NCBI GenBank assembly: GCA_051313645.2 | Contig: JBNRSN020000147.1 | Span: forward strand, 1,178,001 to 1,242,000 | Source of the DNA: Centroscyllium fabricii | Lineage: Eukaryota | Direction: 5' to 3' | DNA: 64,000 bases | Shown: in pieces, positions 35,844 to 50,159 of the stretch | Layout: the number at the start of each line of letters is the position of its first letter | How positions within the stretch are numbered: the stretch's first letter is position 1 | Made by a program: the position numbers and the translations under genes | The notes under the pieces: generated by a model | Told to the model about the DNA's origin: nothing | What the model saw: the letters and a program-made list of their open reading frames with translations, nothing else | Databases searched by the model: none

Positions 35844-38566
35844 TACACCCCATAGCAATTCTAGCTCACCAATTCTATTCATAATACTTTGTGTATTAAC
35901 ATACATACAAACTCTGTTTCTCAGTTTTGCTCAGCTTAACCTATCCTCTTTCTGATCTGTTTCTCTATCTTTCCTACACTCTTTGTCCCTTCCGCTTTCC
36001 TTACTGCTTCCTCATATTGATTTTCCTTTCCCCCTACCACATAGTTGGAACATCCCCCTACTCCCCTAATTACCCTCTCAGTGAAGACATTGGTCCTACT
36101 CTTGTTCAGGTGAAGATTTCCCTCCTGTAGAGACTATTATTGTCCAAGAACTGATCCCAATGTCCTAGGATTTCAGAACCTTCCCTCCTACACCAGTCAT
36201 ATATTTAGTTCCCTTATCTTACAATTCCTAAACTGGCCAGCATGTTGCATTTCAGTAATCTTGAGATTACTACCCTTAAGGTCTTGCTCTTTAATCTATT
36301 GCCTACTTTCTGAAATGCCCTTTGCAGTGCCCCAATTTAATTTCTTTATGTGTCATTGATTTCAACATGGACCATTACTTATGGCTATTCCAAAATATTT
36401 TGTATCCACTTTCTTGCCCCATTACTACTGAGTTTCTGCACTCCTCTTTGAAACCCATTTGCTCCTTGATGCCATCATTTTATTTGCCCCCTTTCAAATT
36501 GTCTTTGTCACAGCCATTGAGTACTGAATGTCTGTTTGGCAATTCACCATTCGCAGGAGATCCCTGCACTGCCTCCTGTCTACTCGTCCTACCCCATGGA
36601 TGGTCTCACCTGCACCCACCCCCAGCCCCACCCCCAGCCCCCAATTTCCCTTCCTCAATACCTCACTCTGCCTGTGGGGGGACCTCCTGGATTATGCATT
36701 CCAAGAACCTGTCAGCCTCCTGATTGTGACGGAGGCTTCACCAGCTACAGCTCAAGCTCAGAAATCTTGAGTTCAAGAAAAAGCAGATGCAGGTATCTGC
36801 TGCACATGTGGTCATCCCGGACATACAAAATATCTAGGACTTCTCACATTGTGCAGGTGTCCCATATCATGGGCCTCAGGTGCAACCACGCCACTGCCAC
36901 CCCCCCACCCCCACCCCGAATACTAAATTCAATTGTTTACTCTTAAAAGTTTAGGAAAATCAAATATAACTTAGTGAATAACCCCTCCAATATAATTCCT
37001 AAAATAAAAATGTAAACTTAAAATATCTAGCCAATTTGCAATATCGTCATAGGATGTCCAGATATTATGAAAGACGCTTTATAAATGCAAGTGCTTTGGG
37101 GGAAAGCTAAACTTTATCCAAAAAAAACAAATTAAAAAAATCTACTCTCAATGTTGCCGGCACCCAGAGGGCGGGTTTGGAGCAGGGTCCGCTGTCAAAA
37201 TTGAAAAGATTGAGAGTGGGTCGGGAGCTCGCTGTGAACCCATGTCAGTTTCCCAAGTGTCAGTTTGCCTGCGCTTTACAGGCCCAACACTAAGCGACGG
37301 GTAAGCCAATTGAAATAGTTAAGAGGTTGTTAAAAGGTACTTAAATAGTATTTTAATATCTACTTTTTAAAAAATCAGCTTTTTGACGAGTTTCCCAGCG
37401 CTCGGGGATCACGTCGGGTGAGCAGGTCAGGTTTTAAATGACTCTCCATTGCTCTGAATAGGTGACAGCTGCAAAAGTGGTATAAAAGCTGGAGACTTCA
37501 GGATTTGGAAGACACTTTTGAGCTTTATGCAGTTTGGAAGTGTTTAGAGTATACTCTCTATCCATTGTCACCTCCTTGGAACAACCTCCCTCACCACTGA
37601 CAGATCACTTCTGTCATCTCAACTTCAGCTGCCATCTATTCCATCAGCATCAGTGTCCTTCAGAAATCTCACCTTGTTCATCAGAATCCCACCAGATCAG
37701 CCCCAACACCAACAGCACCAGGCACACCAGCAGCACCAACAACAACACCAACCATCTCCGCAATCACGTGATGCTGGACAGAACACAGGGCATCAGCATC
37801 TGACAACATTGCTGCCCAGGAGGCCAGGGAAGGCCTCACCATGGCCAGGTTAACTTCACTTGATGTTGTACACCCTAGCTGCCACATGATGCGCCAGGTT
37901 GGCACCACCCCACACCAACGCCATAAAGCATAAGCCATTGCCTGGCATCTACCCGGCAATGTGGAAAATTGCCCAAGTATGTCCTGTCTACAAAGAGCAG
38001 GACAAATCTGACCCGGCCAATTACAGTCCCATCAGTCTACTCTCAATCATCAGCAAAGTGATGGAAGGTGCCGTCGACAGTGCTATCAAGCGGCACTTAC
38101 TCAGCAATAACCTGCTAACTGATGCCCAGTTTGGGTTCTGCCAGGGCCACATTACAGCCTTGGTCCAAACATGGACAAAAGAGCTGAACTCAAGAGGTGA
38201 GGTGAGAGTTGACGTATCGTCAATAATCTAATAAAACTAAAGACGAGTAGTTACCTTAACTCAAGCCTTTTATTAGCTTACAGTGGAGCTATGCTCCGAT
38301 CGAACATCAGGTACAGAATGAATGGGGGCCGGTCAGTCCCCACCTATAAGGCGCTCACCTGAGGGGAGGAGTTAGAGGTGTGGCTGACCTGGCCCCATGA
38401 CAGTGTCGCAACACACGACAGTTGCATCATGCACCCAACCGCTATACATACAGATAATATTGCATACAATATTATGGTGGTAATTACAGTACATACAATG
38501 GTTACCACATTCACCCCTTCTTTGAAAATCAAGTCCGGCGGGGTGAATGGACAGAGCAGTTCATAA

Positions 38567-41500
38567 TTAGTTTATCTGGCGGTCGCGTCTGTCTGGAGGA
38601 CCGCCGGGTCTCTGTCGAATGTTCTGGTTCTTGCAGCACCGGCGACGTTGGGGGCGGTGGTGGTGAAGGCGGCGCTGGTGCCGGTACTGTAGGTGCTGGT
38701 GGTGGCGGTGGGTCCGAGCCATCCGAGTCGTGGTCCTCAGCTGGCCATGGCGGGGGCTCCGAACCACGCGGTAGTGGCGGCCAGCCTCCGGTGGGTTGTG
38801 GGTCGTGTATCGGCCAGTGGTCGATATGTAGTGGCTGGAGGTGGCCGAAATATAGTGGCTGGGCGGGCTGCTGCCCGACCAGGGGCTCTGCTGTGGTGCT
38901 CCCGGCGGGCGCTAAGTCCTTGATGGAGACGGTGTCCTCGCGCCCATCTGGGAACTATACGTACGCGTACTGCGGGTTGGCGTGCAGCAGCTGCACCTTG
39001 TCTACCAGGGGGTCGGTCTTATGGCCGCGGACGTGCTTCCTAAGCAAGACCGGCCCCGGCGTCGTGAGCCACGGTGGAAGGGCTGTCCCCGAAGTCGACT
39101 TCCTGGGGAATGAAAAAATTTAATCGTGAGGTGTGGCGTTGGTGGCCGTACACAACAGAGAGCGTATCGAGTGCAGCGCATCAGGGAGCACTGCCTGCCA
39201 ACGGGACACTGGAAGGCCTCTGGACTTCAGAGCCAGGGTGACCGCCTTCCAGATGATCCCATTCTCCCTTTCTACCTGGCCGTTCCCTCGGGGGTTGTAA
39301 CTGGTCGTTCTGCTCGAGGCAACCCCTTTCTAGAGCAGAAACTGGCGCAGTTCGTCGCTCATGAACGACGCCCCCCGGTCGCTATGGATGTAGCTGGGGA
39401 GACCGAAAATGGCGAACAGCGTGGTGAAGTGTTTGATCACCATTGCGCTCGTCATATCTGGGCAGGGGAAGGCGAAGGGAAAGCGGGAGTACTCGTCTAC
39501 GACCGTGAGGAAGTACGAGTTGCGGTCGGTGGTGGGGAGGGGGCTTTTGAAGTCCACGCTTAGACATTCAAAGGGGCGGGTGGCCTTAATGAGATGCGCC
39601 GTGTCTGGCCTGAAAAATTGGGGTTTGCACTCGGCGCAAACAGGGCACTCTCGGGTCATAGCCTTGATCTCCGTGATGGAGTAGGGGAGGCTACGGGATT
39701 TTACGAAGTGGGCAAGTCTGGTGACACCCGGGTGGCAGAGGCGATCGTGGAGTTCCTTCAGCCGGTCTAGCTGGGCACTGGCGCACGTTCCCCTGGACAG
39801 TGCGTCCGGGGGTTCATTGAGTTTGCCTGGTCGGTAAAGAATGTCGTACTCGTAAGTTGAGAGTTCGATCCGCCACCGCAGGATCTTATCATTCTTGACT
39901 TTACCCTTTTGTTTATTGTTAAACATAAACGCGACTGACCGTTGGTCGGTGAGCAGGGTAAAACGCTTACCGGCCAGGTAATGACGCCAGTAGCGCACGG
40001 CCTCCACGATGGCCTATGCCTCCTTTTCCACTGCAGAGTGGCGAATTTCGGGTCCCTGTAAGGTGCGGGAGAAAAACGCTACGGGCCTGCCTGCCTGATT
40101 CAGGGTGGCGGCAAGGGCAAAGTCCGAAGCGTCACTCTCCACCTGGAAAGGGATGGATTCATCAACAGTGTGCATGGTCGCCTTGATAATATATTCCTTG
40201 ATCCGGGCAAACACCGTGTGGGCTTCTGCCGAGAGGGGGAAGACGGCAGCTTTGAGGAGCGGTCTGGCCTTATCCGCGAACTGGGGAACCCATTGCGTGT
40301 AATAAGAGAAAAATCCCAGACATCTCTTCAGGGCTTTGGGGTTGTGAGGAAGGGGCAGTTCCTGTAAGGGGCGCATACGCTGTGGGTCGGGGCCGAGGAC
40401 CCCATTTTCCACCACGTATCCGAGGATGGCGAGCTGATCTGTACTAAAGACACACTTGTCTTTATTGTAAGTGAGGTCGAGCCATTTCGCCGTTTCGCCG
40501 TGTCGAGGAATTTGGCCAGATTGGCATCGTGGTCCTGCTGGTCATGGCCGCAGATGGTCATGTTGTCCAGGTAGGGGAAGGTGGCCTGCAACCTGTTCTG
40601 GTCAACTATGCGGTCCATCTCCCTTTGGAACACTGACACTCCGTTGGTCACGCCAAAGGGGACCCGGAGGAAGTGGTAGAGCCGACCATTCGCCTCGAAG
40701 GCGGTGTACGGGCGGTCGGCTTTCTGGATCGGGAGTTGGTGATACGCCGACTTAAGGTCGATTGTGGAGAACACCTTATATTGGGCGATCTGGTTAACCA
40801 TTTCCGAGATGCGGGGGAGGGGGTAGGCGTCGAGCCCATGTAGCGGTTAATGGTCTGGCTGTAATCGATAACCATCCGGTGTTTCTCGCCAGTCTTAACC
40901 ACTACCACCTGGGCCCGCCAGGGGCTGGTGCTGGCTTCAATTATCCCCTCCTTTAGCATACGCCCGACCTCCGACATGATAGACGTCCGATCCCCTGCAC
41001 TGTACCGCCAACTCTTAGTAGTAATGGGCTTGCAGTTGGGGTCGAGGTTGGCGAACAGTGAGTGGGGGTCGACTTTCAGGGTAGAGAGGCAGCAGGCCGG
41101 GCTCCGCTTTGGGAAGGGATTGTCCCGGCTACTGACGGTGAGGGGGGGCAGGGTCCCGCCGAACTCCATTCTCAAGCTCTTAAGGTGGCACTGGAAATCC
41201 AGTCCGAGTAAGACTGGGGAGCACAACTGTTTCAGAATGTACAATTTAAAATTACGGTACACGCTGCACTTAACTGTGAGCATGACGGAGCAGTAGCCCG
41301 TGACGGAGCAGTAGCCGGTGACATCCGCGGTGTGGGACTGTGAAGCAAGGGGGACCTGGTAGCGTGTGGGCCGGATCTGCAGTCCGTAGCGCTGCGCTGT
41401 ATCGGGGTGGATGAAGCTCTCTGTGCTTCCGGTGTCGAACAGGCAGTTCGTGACATGGCCGTTGACTTTAATCCCCATCATGGAATTTGATAGGGTGTGC

Positions 41501-42327
41501 GGCCTAGCCTGATCGACTTTCAGGATGGCTGAGGCCGAAGTGTGTGAGTGTGTGTGTGAGCCCTCCACTGCTTGGGGCCGTACACAAGATGGCGGCCCCT
41601 GTGGTTCGCACATGGCTGGCCTCTGGGGACAAAATGGCGGCGCCGGAGAGTCGCACATGGCTGGTCGCTGAAGACAAGATGGCGGCGCCAGGGGGTCGCA
41701 CATGGTGGGCCGCTGCGGACAAGATGGCGGCGCCCATGGTTCGCACGCGGCGGGCCGCTGTAGACGCGGTGACGGTGCCCGTGGTTCACACGCAGTGGGC
41801 CGCGGTGGCTGGGTTGGCGGTGCCCGTGATTCGCACACAGCGAGCCGCGCTGGGCAGGATGCTGGCGTTGGGGGGTCGCGCATGGCCGGCCGTGGCTGAG
41901 TTTGGCGTGCCGTGGGTGCAGCCGGCCTCTGCCGCCTCAGGGTGGGAGACGGGGGCGCGTGTACTCTACCCCCGGACCGTCGCTGGGTCGCGCTGCTGTT
42001 GCAGCTTACCTGAGAGCTTTCGCAGGCCGCGCTGTTGTACCTGGAGCTGGACGCCGGGGCTGATCTGCAGGCCCTGGCGTAGTGTCCTTTCTTGGAGCAC
42101 CTCTCGCAGGTCGCGGTCTTCGCTGGGCATCTCGCCCGTGGGTGTAGTCCCTGGCCGCAGAAGTAGCATCTCTTCTCCGCCGGCGTTTTCGCAGCTCCTG
42201 CTGCCATTGTAGGGGTCTCGACCCGTTGCAGGGCTGCCCACGCGTCGTAGGCCTGTGGGTTTGGGCTGCCGTACACCTGCAGCTTGCGGCGTGCGCCCTC
42301 CATGGAGTTGGAGATAGAGATCGCCTC
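38567..42327 (-). pseudogene. Gypsy-C gag C-terminus + pol, frameshifted
   Basis: Two CCHC knuckles, repeat linker, LFDTGS, YLDN, RNase H, IN (ORFs 40648-42327, 40328-40801, 40014-40415, 39330-40007). Confidence 0.92.
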
Positions 42328-45300
42328 TGTGACCTGAAATAACGACCTCGTGGACGAGTAGTTAGATGAAGAAACAATTAGGCTTTTATTGACTACAAGC
42401 TGGCACATGCACCAGCTAGTCGACTGTCCCCAGGTATGGCTGGGGGATGGGAGGTAGCCACTTATATACCTCCTCCAGGGAGGGAGGAGTCGTGGGCGGA
42501 GCCAACCTGGGCATGTCCCAGTAATCACATTACAGTACAGGTATTACATTGATACATATCGGTACATGTCAGTTAACTATATATATATGATAAACGGGTT
42601 TATCACATTCACCCCTTCTTTAAAACAAAAGTCCGGCGGGGTGAAAGAAAAAAATTCTTTATTCAAACAAAAGTCCGGCGGGGTGAAAAGGAAAAGTTCT
42701 TCAATTATAGGTTAAGTCGCTCCGGCGGTTTGGTGATCCTCGTCGATCGTCGCACCGCTGGTGGTGTCCGTGGTCGCGGGGTGGCTGGCCGGGTCGGTTG
42801 CTGTGGTGGTGCCGGTGCCGGTTGGCGAGCGGTGGTCGTTAAATTATTACTTCTGGGTGGTGGTGCCCTTGTTCTGACAGCAGGGGGCGCGCTCTCTCCT
42901 TCGTCCTCTGACTCTAGGGGGCGCGTGCTGTGGATCCAAGCTGGAGGCCACGCCGTGCTGCTCGCAGGTGCCGTGCGGGCGTACTGGTGTACTGGGTCCA
43001 CGTGCCGGGGAGCGTACCTTGGCGCCGGTGGCTGGGGGGAGAGTAACTGGGCGTTTTGTGTGCGTGAGCTGCTGAGCGGGGCTTCTTGGGTACGTGGGCT
43101 GCTGAGCGGGGCTTCTTGGGTGCTTGGGCTGCTGAGCGGGGTTGGGTTTGGGGACTCCCGCTGGTGCCAGGTCCTTTATGGACATGGTGCCCTCCCTCCC
43201 GTCGGGGTACGCCACGTATGCGTATTGGGGGTTGGCGTGTAGGAGATGGACCCGTTCGACCAGGGGATCTGCCTTGTGTCCCCTCACGTGCTTCCGTAAC
43301 AGGACCGGTCCCGGGGATAGTAGCCACGATGGTAGCGAGGTCCCAGAAGCTGACTTCCTGGGGAAGGCAAAAAGTCGTTCGTGAGGGGTGGCATTAGTGG
43401 CAGTACACAGGAGGGACCGGATAGAGTGGAGCGCTTCAGGGAGGACGTCCTGCCATCTGGAGACTGGGAGGCTTCTAGACCATAGGGCTAACAGGATTGC
43501 CTTCCAGACAGTGGCGTTCTCCCTCTCTACCTGTCCGTTCCCCCGGGGGTTGTAGCTGGTAGTCCTGCTAGTCGCGATGCCTTTGGCTAGCAGGAACTGG
43601 CGCAGCTCGTTGCTCATAAAGGACGCTCCCCGGTCACTGTGGATATAGTTGGGATAGCCGAACAGGGAGAAGATACTATTGAGGGCTTTGATGACGGTGG
43701 CGGAGGTCATGTCCGGGCAGGGGATGGCAAAGGGGAAGCGGGAGTACTCATCGATAACATTAAGGAAGTACACGTTCCTGTTGGAGGAGGGAAGGGGCCC
43801 TTTGAAATCGACACTGAGTCGTTCAAAGGGGCGAGTGGCCTTAATCAGGTGCGCCCGGTCTGGCCGGTAGAAGTGCGGCTTGCACTCCGCGCAGACCTGG
43901 CAATTGCTGGTCAGGGTCTTGACCTCCTCGATCGAGTAGGGAAGGTTGCGGGACTTCACAAAGTGAACTAACCTAGTGACCCCCGGGTGGCAGAGGTCAT
44001 TGTGAAGGGTTTGGAGGCGGTCAGCCTGTGCGCTGGCACAGGTACCGCGGGATAGGGCGTCTGGGGGTTCGTTAAATTTTCCGTGCCGGTACAAGATATC
44101 ATAATTGAACGCAGAGAGTTTAATTCTCCACCTTAGTATCTTGTCGTTCTTGATTTTACCCCGTTCCTTGTTGTTGAACATGAACGCGACTGATCGTTGG
44201 TCAGTCAACAGGGTAAAACGCTTGCCGGCCAGGTAGTGCTTCCAGTGCCGCACTGCTTCAACGATGGCCTGGGCCTCCTTCTCGACTGAGGAGTGACGGG
44301 TCTCGGGGCCCTGGAGGGTACGCGAGAAGAAGGCCATGGGTCTGCCCGCCTGGTTAAGGGTGGCGGCCAGGGCAAAGTCCGATGCATCGCTCTCCACTTG
44401 GAACGGGACCGACTCATCTACAGCGTGCATCGTGGCTTTGGCAATATCATTTTTAATTCTACAGAACGCCGAGTTGGCTTCTGCAGACAGGGGAAAAGAG
44501 GTTGATTTGAGTAGTGGGCGAGCTTTGTCCGCGTAATTGGGGACCCACTGGGCATAGTAAGCGAAAAATCCCAAGCACCGTTTAAGGGCCTTGGGGGAGT
44601 GGGGGAGGGGAAGCTCCATGAGGGGGCGCATGTGGTCCGGGTCGGGACCGATGACCCCATTCTCCACAACGCTGCCAAGGATGGCCAGGCGGGTGGTGCT
44701 AAACACGCATTTTTCGGTGTTGTAAGTTAAGTTCAGCGTTTTGGCGGTGTGGAGAAACTTTTGGAGGTTGGCGTCATGGTCCTGTTGATCGTGGCCGCAG
44801 ATGGTCACATTATCGAGGTACGGGAAGGTAGCTCGCAGCCCGTGCCGATCGACCATTCAGTCCATCTCCCTTTGGAAGACCGAGACCCCATTCGTGATGC
44901 CAAATGGGACCGTCAGCCTCGAAGGCAGTATAGAGACGGTCCTCTGAGCCGATGGGAAGCTGGTGATAGGCAGGTTTAAGATCTATGGTCGAGAACACTT
45001 TAAACTGCGCGATCTGGTTCACCATGTCCGCTATCCGGGGAAAGGGGTTGGCGTCTAATTGGGTGAACCGGTTTATAGTCTGGCTGTAGTCCACAACCAT
45101 CCGGTTCTTCGCTCCGGTTTTGACCACCACTACCTGCGCCCTCCAGGGGCTATTACTGGCCTCGATGACCCCTTCTTTTAGGAGGCGCTGCACCTCGGAC
45201 TTTATAAAATCCATGTCCCCAGCACTGTAGCGCCTACTCTTGGTGGCGATGGGCTTGCAGTCTGGGGTGAGGTTGGCAAAGAGGGATGGAGGGGCAACCT

Positions 45301-46991
45301 TAAGGTTCGAGAAGCCACAGGTAGTGCGTTGGGGGTGCCGTGCTGGGCTGCGGTTTCTAACCGTGAGCGAGGGAAGGGGCCCACCGAACGCCATGGTAAC
45401 GCTCTGGAGATGGCACTGGAAATCCAGTCCCAGGAGTAATGGGGCACAGAGCTGTGGCAGCACGTAAAAGCTAAAATTATTGAACAGCGCGCCCTGGACA
45501 TTTAATGCTACTGTGCAGCGCCCGGAGACGTCTGCCGATTCTGTCTTGGAAGCCATAGATATTCTCTGGCGCGCAGGTATTACTTTAAGAGAGAGGTGCT
45601 TTACAGTATTAGGATTAATAAAACTTACTGTGCTCCCACTGTCGAACAGGCACACCACCTCTTGACCATGAACTTCCACCGGCATCATTGATTTCTCCAG
45701 TGGCTGAGTCTTGTCTTGATCGAGGGTCACCGATGCCAATACTGGATCAGCCGATTCGTCTTGATCCGAAGAGTAGTCCTCCGGGGCCGGTTCCCAAGAT
45801 GGCTGCCACCATGCGGTGTACTGTGGAGGGGGTGGCTGAGTCCAATATGGCGACTGCTGCCACGAGGGGTGCTGAATGGGGGATGGGTGAACCCAATATG
45901 GCTGCTCCCATGTTCCACACGCGGCGCTGCCCGGTTTCGGTTTCGTGGTAGCTTTACAGACCTTTGCATAGTGTCCTTCCCACATTTCGAACAGGCTGCT
46001 TCTCTAGCAGGGCAGTTACGTCTCGGGTGCTGAGACTGCCCACAAAAGTAACATTTGGCCGCCGTCTTCGCGTGGGCGGCTGCAATCAATTCTTCTGCCG
46101 GTCGTTGCGCCGGCGTTGTCCAAGATGGCGGGGCTGGGCCCGTGTAATTACTCGAATACGATGACAGATTTAGTGAGGCCACATCCAGCGCATTCCCCAG
46201 GTCCGCAGTTGCCTGCAGGTCAAGGCCGTTCTGCTCTAGCAGCCTCTGTCTTACATAGTCCGACCTGAGGCCTGTTACATATGCATCTCTAATGAGACTG
46301 TCTGCATGGACCGGGGCTGTTAGCGCTCTACAGTCACAGGCCCGCGACAGTATTCTCAGAGCTCTTAGGAACTCCACACTTGACTCACCGGGTTGCTGCT
46401 TTCTGGTGGCAAGGATATGTCTAGCGTGGACGATATTGGGTGCCCGATTGTACTCAGCTTTGAGAATCCTGATGGCATCCAAGTAAGATGAGGCGTCCAC
46501 GATCATGGAGTACACCTGAGGGCCCACCCGGGCGTTGAGGAGCCGTTGTTTGTCCTCTTCGGTCACCACGACCGCTGCGTTCGCTTTTAGGTACGCATCG
46601 AAAACACTGTGCCAGTGTGTAAAAGTGTTCGATGCGCCTGGTGTTCGGGGGTCCAATTCAAACGTTGCTGACTTGAGCATGGTATCCATTTTCAAAAGTA
46701 GTCAATAAAATTGTGACCTGAAATAACGACCTCGTGGACGAGTAGTTAGATGAAGAAACAATTAGGCTTTTATTGACTACTAACTGGAACATGCACCAGC
46801 TAGTCGACTGTCCCCAGGTATGGCTGGGGGATGGGAGGTAGCCACTTATATACCTCCTCCAGGGAGGGAGGAGTCGTGGGCGGAGCCAACCTGGGCATGT
46901 CCCAGTAATCACATTACAGTACAGGTATTACATTGATACATATCTGTACATGTCAGTTAACTATATACATATGATAAACGGGTTTATCACA
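42328..46991 (-). mobile_element. Gypsy-D: full-length Gypsy element
   Basis: 280-bp LTRs 46712-46991 and 42328-42607, tgtga..tcaca ends, TSD GCCTC. Confidence 0.97.
42705..46689 (-). pseudogene. Gypsy-D gag-pol with frameshifts
   Basis: ORFs 45727-46695 (gag), 44810-45985 (PR/RT), 42847-44856 (RT/RH/IN), 42705-43001. Confidence 0.92.
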
Positions 46992-46996
46992 GCCTC

Positions 46997-47464
46997 CTCC
47001 AGAGTTAAAGAGTCTTTTTCCAGCAGCCGCTGGCGGGCCTCTGCGGACCTGAGTCCCGTTACATAGGCGTCCCGGACGAGGAGGTTCGCCTCCTCTTCTG
47101 CCGTCCGTGGTTGGCAGCCACAGACCCGGACTTGGAGCGCCTGCTCAAACTGCTCATTTGACTCACTCGGTAGTTGTGGTCGGGTCGCGAGCACATGTCT
47201 GGCGTAGACTGAGTGGACCGGGCGCTCGTAGCATTTCCTCAGTTTAGCCACCGCATCGGGGTACGTTTTGGCATCACGGATGAGGGAGAATACCCGGCTG
47301 GAGATCCTGGATCGGAGAACATGTAGCTTGTTCCCTTCGGTTGTAGCCTTGGCGGCGTCCATGTAGGCCTCCAGGAGACCGAACCAGTGTTCGAAGATGT
47401 TGGCGGCGGCTGGGTCCTGTGGACTAATGTCCAGCTTTTCGGGTTTCACAGCGCCGCTCTCCAT
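46997..47464 (-). pseudogene. Gypsy-C gag N-terminus
   Basis: MESGAVKPEKLDISPQDP, homologous to Gypsy-B gag. Confidence 0.9.
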
Positions 47465-49068
47465 TTCAAAATTTCGAAGCTAATAAAATTGACGTATCGT
47501 CAATAGTCTAATAAAACGAAGACGCGTAGTTACCTTAACTAAAGGCTTTTATTAGCTTACAACGGAGCTATGCTCCGATCGAACATCAGGTACAGAATGA
47601 ATGGGGGCTGGTCAGTCCCCACCTATAAGGCACTCACCTGAGGGGAGGAGTTAGAGGTGTGGCTGACCTGGCCCCACGACAGTGTCGCAACACAGGACAG
47701 TTGCATCATGCACCCGACCGCTATACATACAGATAATATTGTATACAATATTATGGTGGTAATTACAGTACATACAACGGTTACCACACGAGTGACTGCC
47801 CTTGACATCAAGGCAGCATTTGATCGAGTGTGGCATCAAGGAGCCCTGCCAAAGCTGAAGTCAATGGGAATCAAGGGGAAAACTCTCCATTGGTTGGAAT
47901 CATACCTAGCACAAAGGAAGTTGGCTGTGGTTGTTGGAGGTCATTCATCTCAACCACAGGACATCACTGCAGGAGTTACTCAGGGCAGTGTCTTAGGCCC
48001 AACCATCTTCAGCTGTTTCATCAATGACCCTCCCTCCATCATAAGGTCCGAAGTGGGGATGTTCGCTGATGATTGCACACTGTTCAGCACCATTCAAGAC
48101 TCGTCAGATACTGACGTAGTCTGTGTCCATATGCAGCAAGACCTGGACAACATTCAGACATGGGCTGACAAGTGGCAAGTAACATTCGCACCACACAAGT
48201 GCCAGGCAATGACCATCTCCAACAAGCGAGACTCTAACCATCTCCCCTTGACATTCAATGGCATTATCATCGCTGAATCCCCCACTATCAACATCCTGGG
48301 GGTTACCATTGATCAGAAACTGCACTGGACCAGCCATATAAATACCGTGGCTACAAGAGCAGGCCAAAGGCTAGGAATTCTGATGGCAAGTGTCTCACCT
48401 CCTGACTCCCCAAAGGCTTTCCACCATCTACAAGGCACAAGTCAGGAGTGTGATGGAATACTCTCCACTTGCCTGGATGAGTGCAGCTCCAACAACACTC
48501 AACAAGCTCGACAACATGCAGGATAAAGCAGGCCGCTTGATTGGCATGCCATCCACCACCTTCAACATTCACTCCCTCCACCACATGCACACTGTGGCTG
48601 CAGTGTGTACCATTTACAAGATGCACTGCAGCAACTCGCCAAAGCTCCTTCAACAACACTTTCCAAACCCGCGACCTCTACCACTTAGGACAAGGGCAGC
48701 AGACGCATGGGAACAGCACCACCTACAAGTTCCTCTCCAAGCCACACACCATCCTGACTTGGACCTGTTGCTGGGCCAAAATCCTGGAACTCCCTTCCTA
48801 ACAACATTGTGGGTGTACCTACACCATATGGACTGCTGCGGTTCAAGGAGGTGGCTCACCACCATCTTCTCAAGGGCAATTAGGGATGGGCACTCAATGC
48901 AGCCAGCGACGCCCACATCCCAACAATGGATTAAAAAAAAATCCTTCCACACTCATCACCATTGGGGGATGGGGGTGGGGGGCTGTGCCCTTATGTCTCA
49001 CCAATCACTACAACTCACTAACCCACTTCCATAGGTGCACACAAAGGCCAACATTTTCATCTCCCCAT

Positions 49069-49845
49069 GAGGCGGGATTTACAGCGGGTCGGACGGCAAA
49101 ATAGTGGAACCGGTGGGTCGTGACTCCCCCCGCCGGATCCCCACCGCTTTAGCATTTTCGGCCGCCCTGTCCCCCCGCCCCGAATCCTTCCCGCTGGCTT
49201 CCAGCGGGGATGGTTGGTTAGCTCATTAATGGCCTTTAATTGGCATGTTTAATGCTATTTTAAGGGCCCTTAGCCATTTTCACCCCATTCCCACCCAAAC
49301 CCCGCCATCCTACAACCCCGCTGGTTAAACCCAGCGGGATCACAGTGGTGTTGCTAACTTTCTCCTTCAAGGTGTTGAAGGACCTACAGCAAAATGCTTC
49401 CCAGGCCTTCAGCACCCTGGAGGAGTAAGCCACTCCATTGTGTCAACACCAGCTGTGGGGAAAACCTTACAGAACTTACCTTTCCAGCTCCAATGACAGC
49501 CACTGGCTAGCTGTCAAACATTTGAAGCCCGCCCGCCCACCTGTCACTCAACAGCACTTGGCCTCTCCCATTGGTTTCACTCCACTGTGATGTCACAGTG
49601 GCATGTTTCCATGGGAACTGGAAACAAACAGTTGCTGCATCTCCCTGACAGCCTGCTGGAATGCCGTTTCAGCGCCGTAATTGGCGACTGGACTGCTGCC
49701 CTTACCAGAGGCACCCCGCACGCGGGGATTTAATTGAGTGATTAGGCTAAAATACTGTGGGCTTCTCAGGCCCTTGGCCAGGCAGGTCAGGAACCCGCCC
49801 CGACCAATCCTGCCAGGTTCCCGCACCTCCAGCAAAATCCTCCCC
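49069..49845. mobile_element. Harbinger-like MITE (degenerate)
   Basis: gaggcgggattt / aaaatcctcccc termini; flanks cat/aat. Confidence 0.45.
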
Positions 49846-50159
49846 AATGAAGGCAAAGGGTTGAAAATAAAGATTTCAATGTTTGGCAACACATTAGCAG
49901 AAACGCTGCATGAACATTGGTTAAAGACACAAGTACCTACCCTTGTGTGTTGTTAGTTGGTATGATTGGACAAGGATGAGGTGAGTGTGAGGGGTGGCTC
50001 GTGAGATGGGGATGTGATAATGGAGATAGAGAGAGGGATGGGTGGAAATGCAAGGTAAGTTGGTGTGAGTAAAGATTTGCATGAGTAGAGTAGGGAAGGC
50101 AGAGTGATGGGGATGTGATGAGAGGCACAGCAGGATGAGGTTAAGTGTGGCTTTGCAGT

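Larger units (their letters stand above)
32880..36900 (-). mobile_element. Highly degenerate CR1 (ORF1, EN and RT pieces) with nested inserts
   Basis: RT remnants 32940-33540, EN remnants 33690-33935 and 35295-35430, ORF1 remnants 36050-36880. Confidence 0.65.
38210..47788 (-). mobile_element. Gypsy-C: full-length Gypsy element with Gypsy-D nested in its gag
   Basis: LTRs 47490-47788 (5') and 38210-38509 (3'); TSD agagt/cgagt; gag reads TLEEA|ISISN across Gypsy-D. Confidence 0.96.
37942..48940 (+). mobile_element. Second copy (3' part) of the SINE-headed LINE, interrupted by Gypsy-C/D
   Basis: RT reads NSRGEVRV|TALDIKAAFDRVWH across the LTR element; QGSVLGP, FADD; tail tcaagggcaattagggatggg...cccacatccc followed by an A-run. 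Confidence 0.9.

Noticed and set aside
29583-38165. Single LINE with a duplicated target of about 235 bp
   Set aside because: The overlapping segments (29583-29821, 37942-38165) differ by many substitutions and a 15-nt indel, so two separate copies are more likely.
42328-42528. Unusual N-terminus of the 626-aa ORF 40648-42528
   Set aside because: Translation of the nested Gypsy-D LTR fused by chance to Gypsy-C gag.
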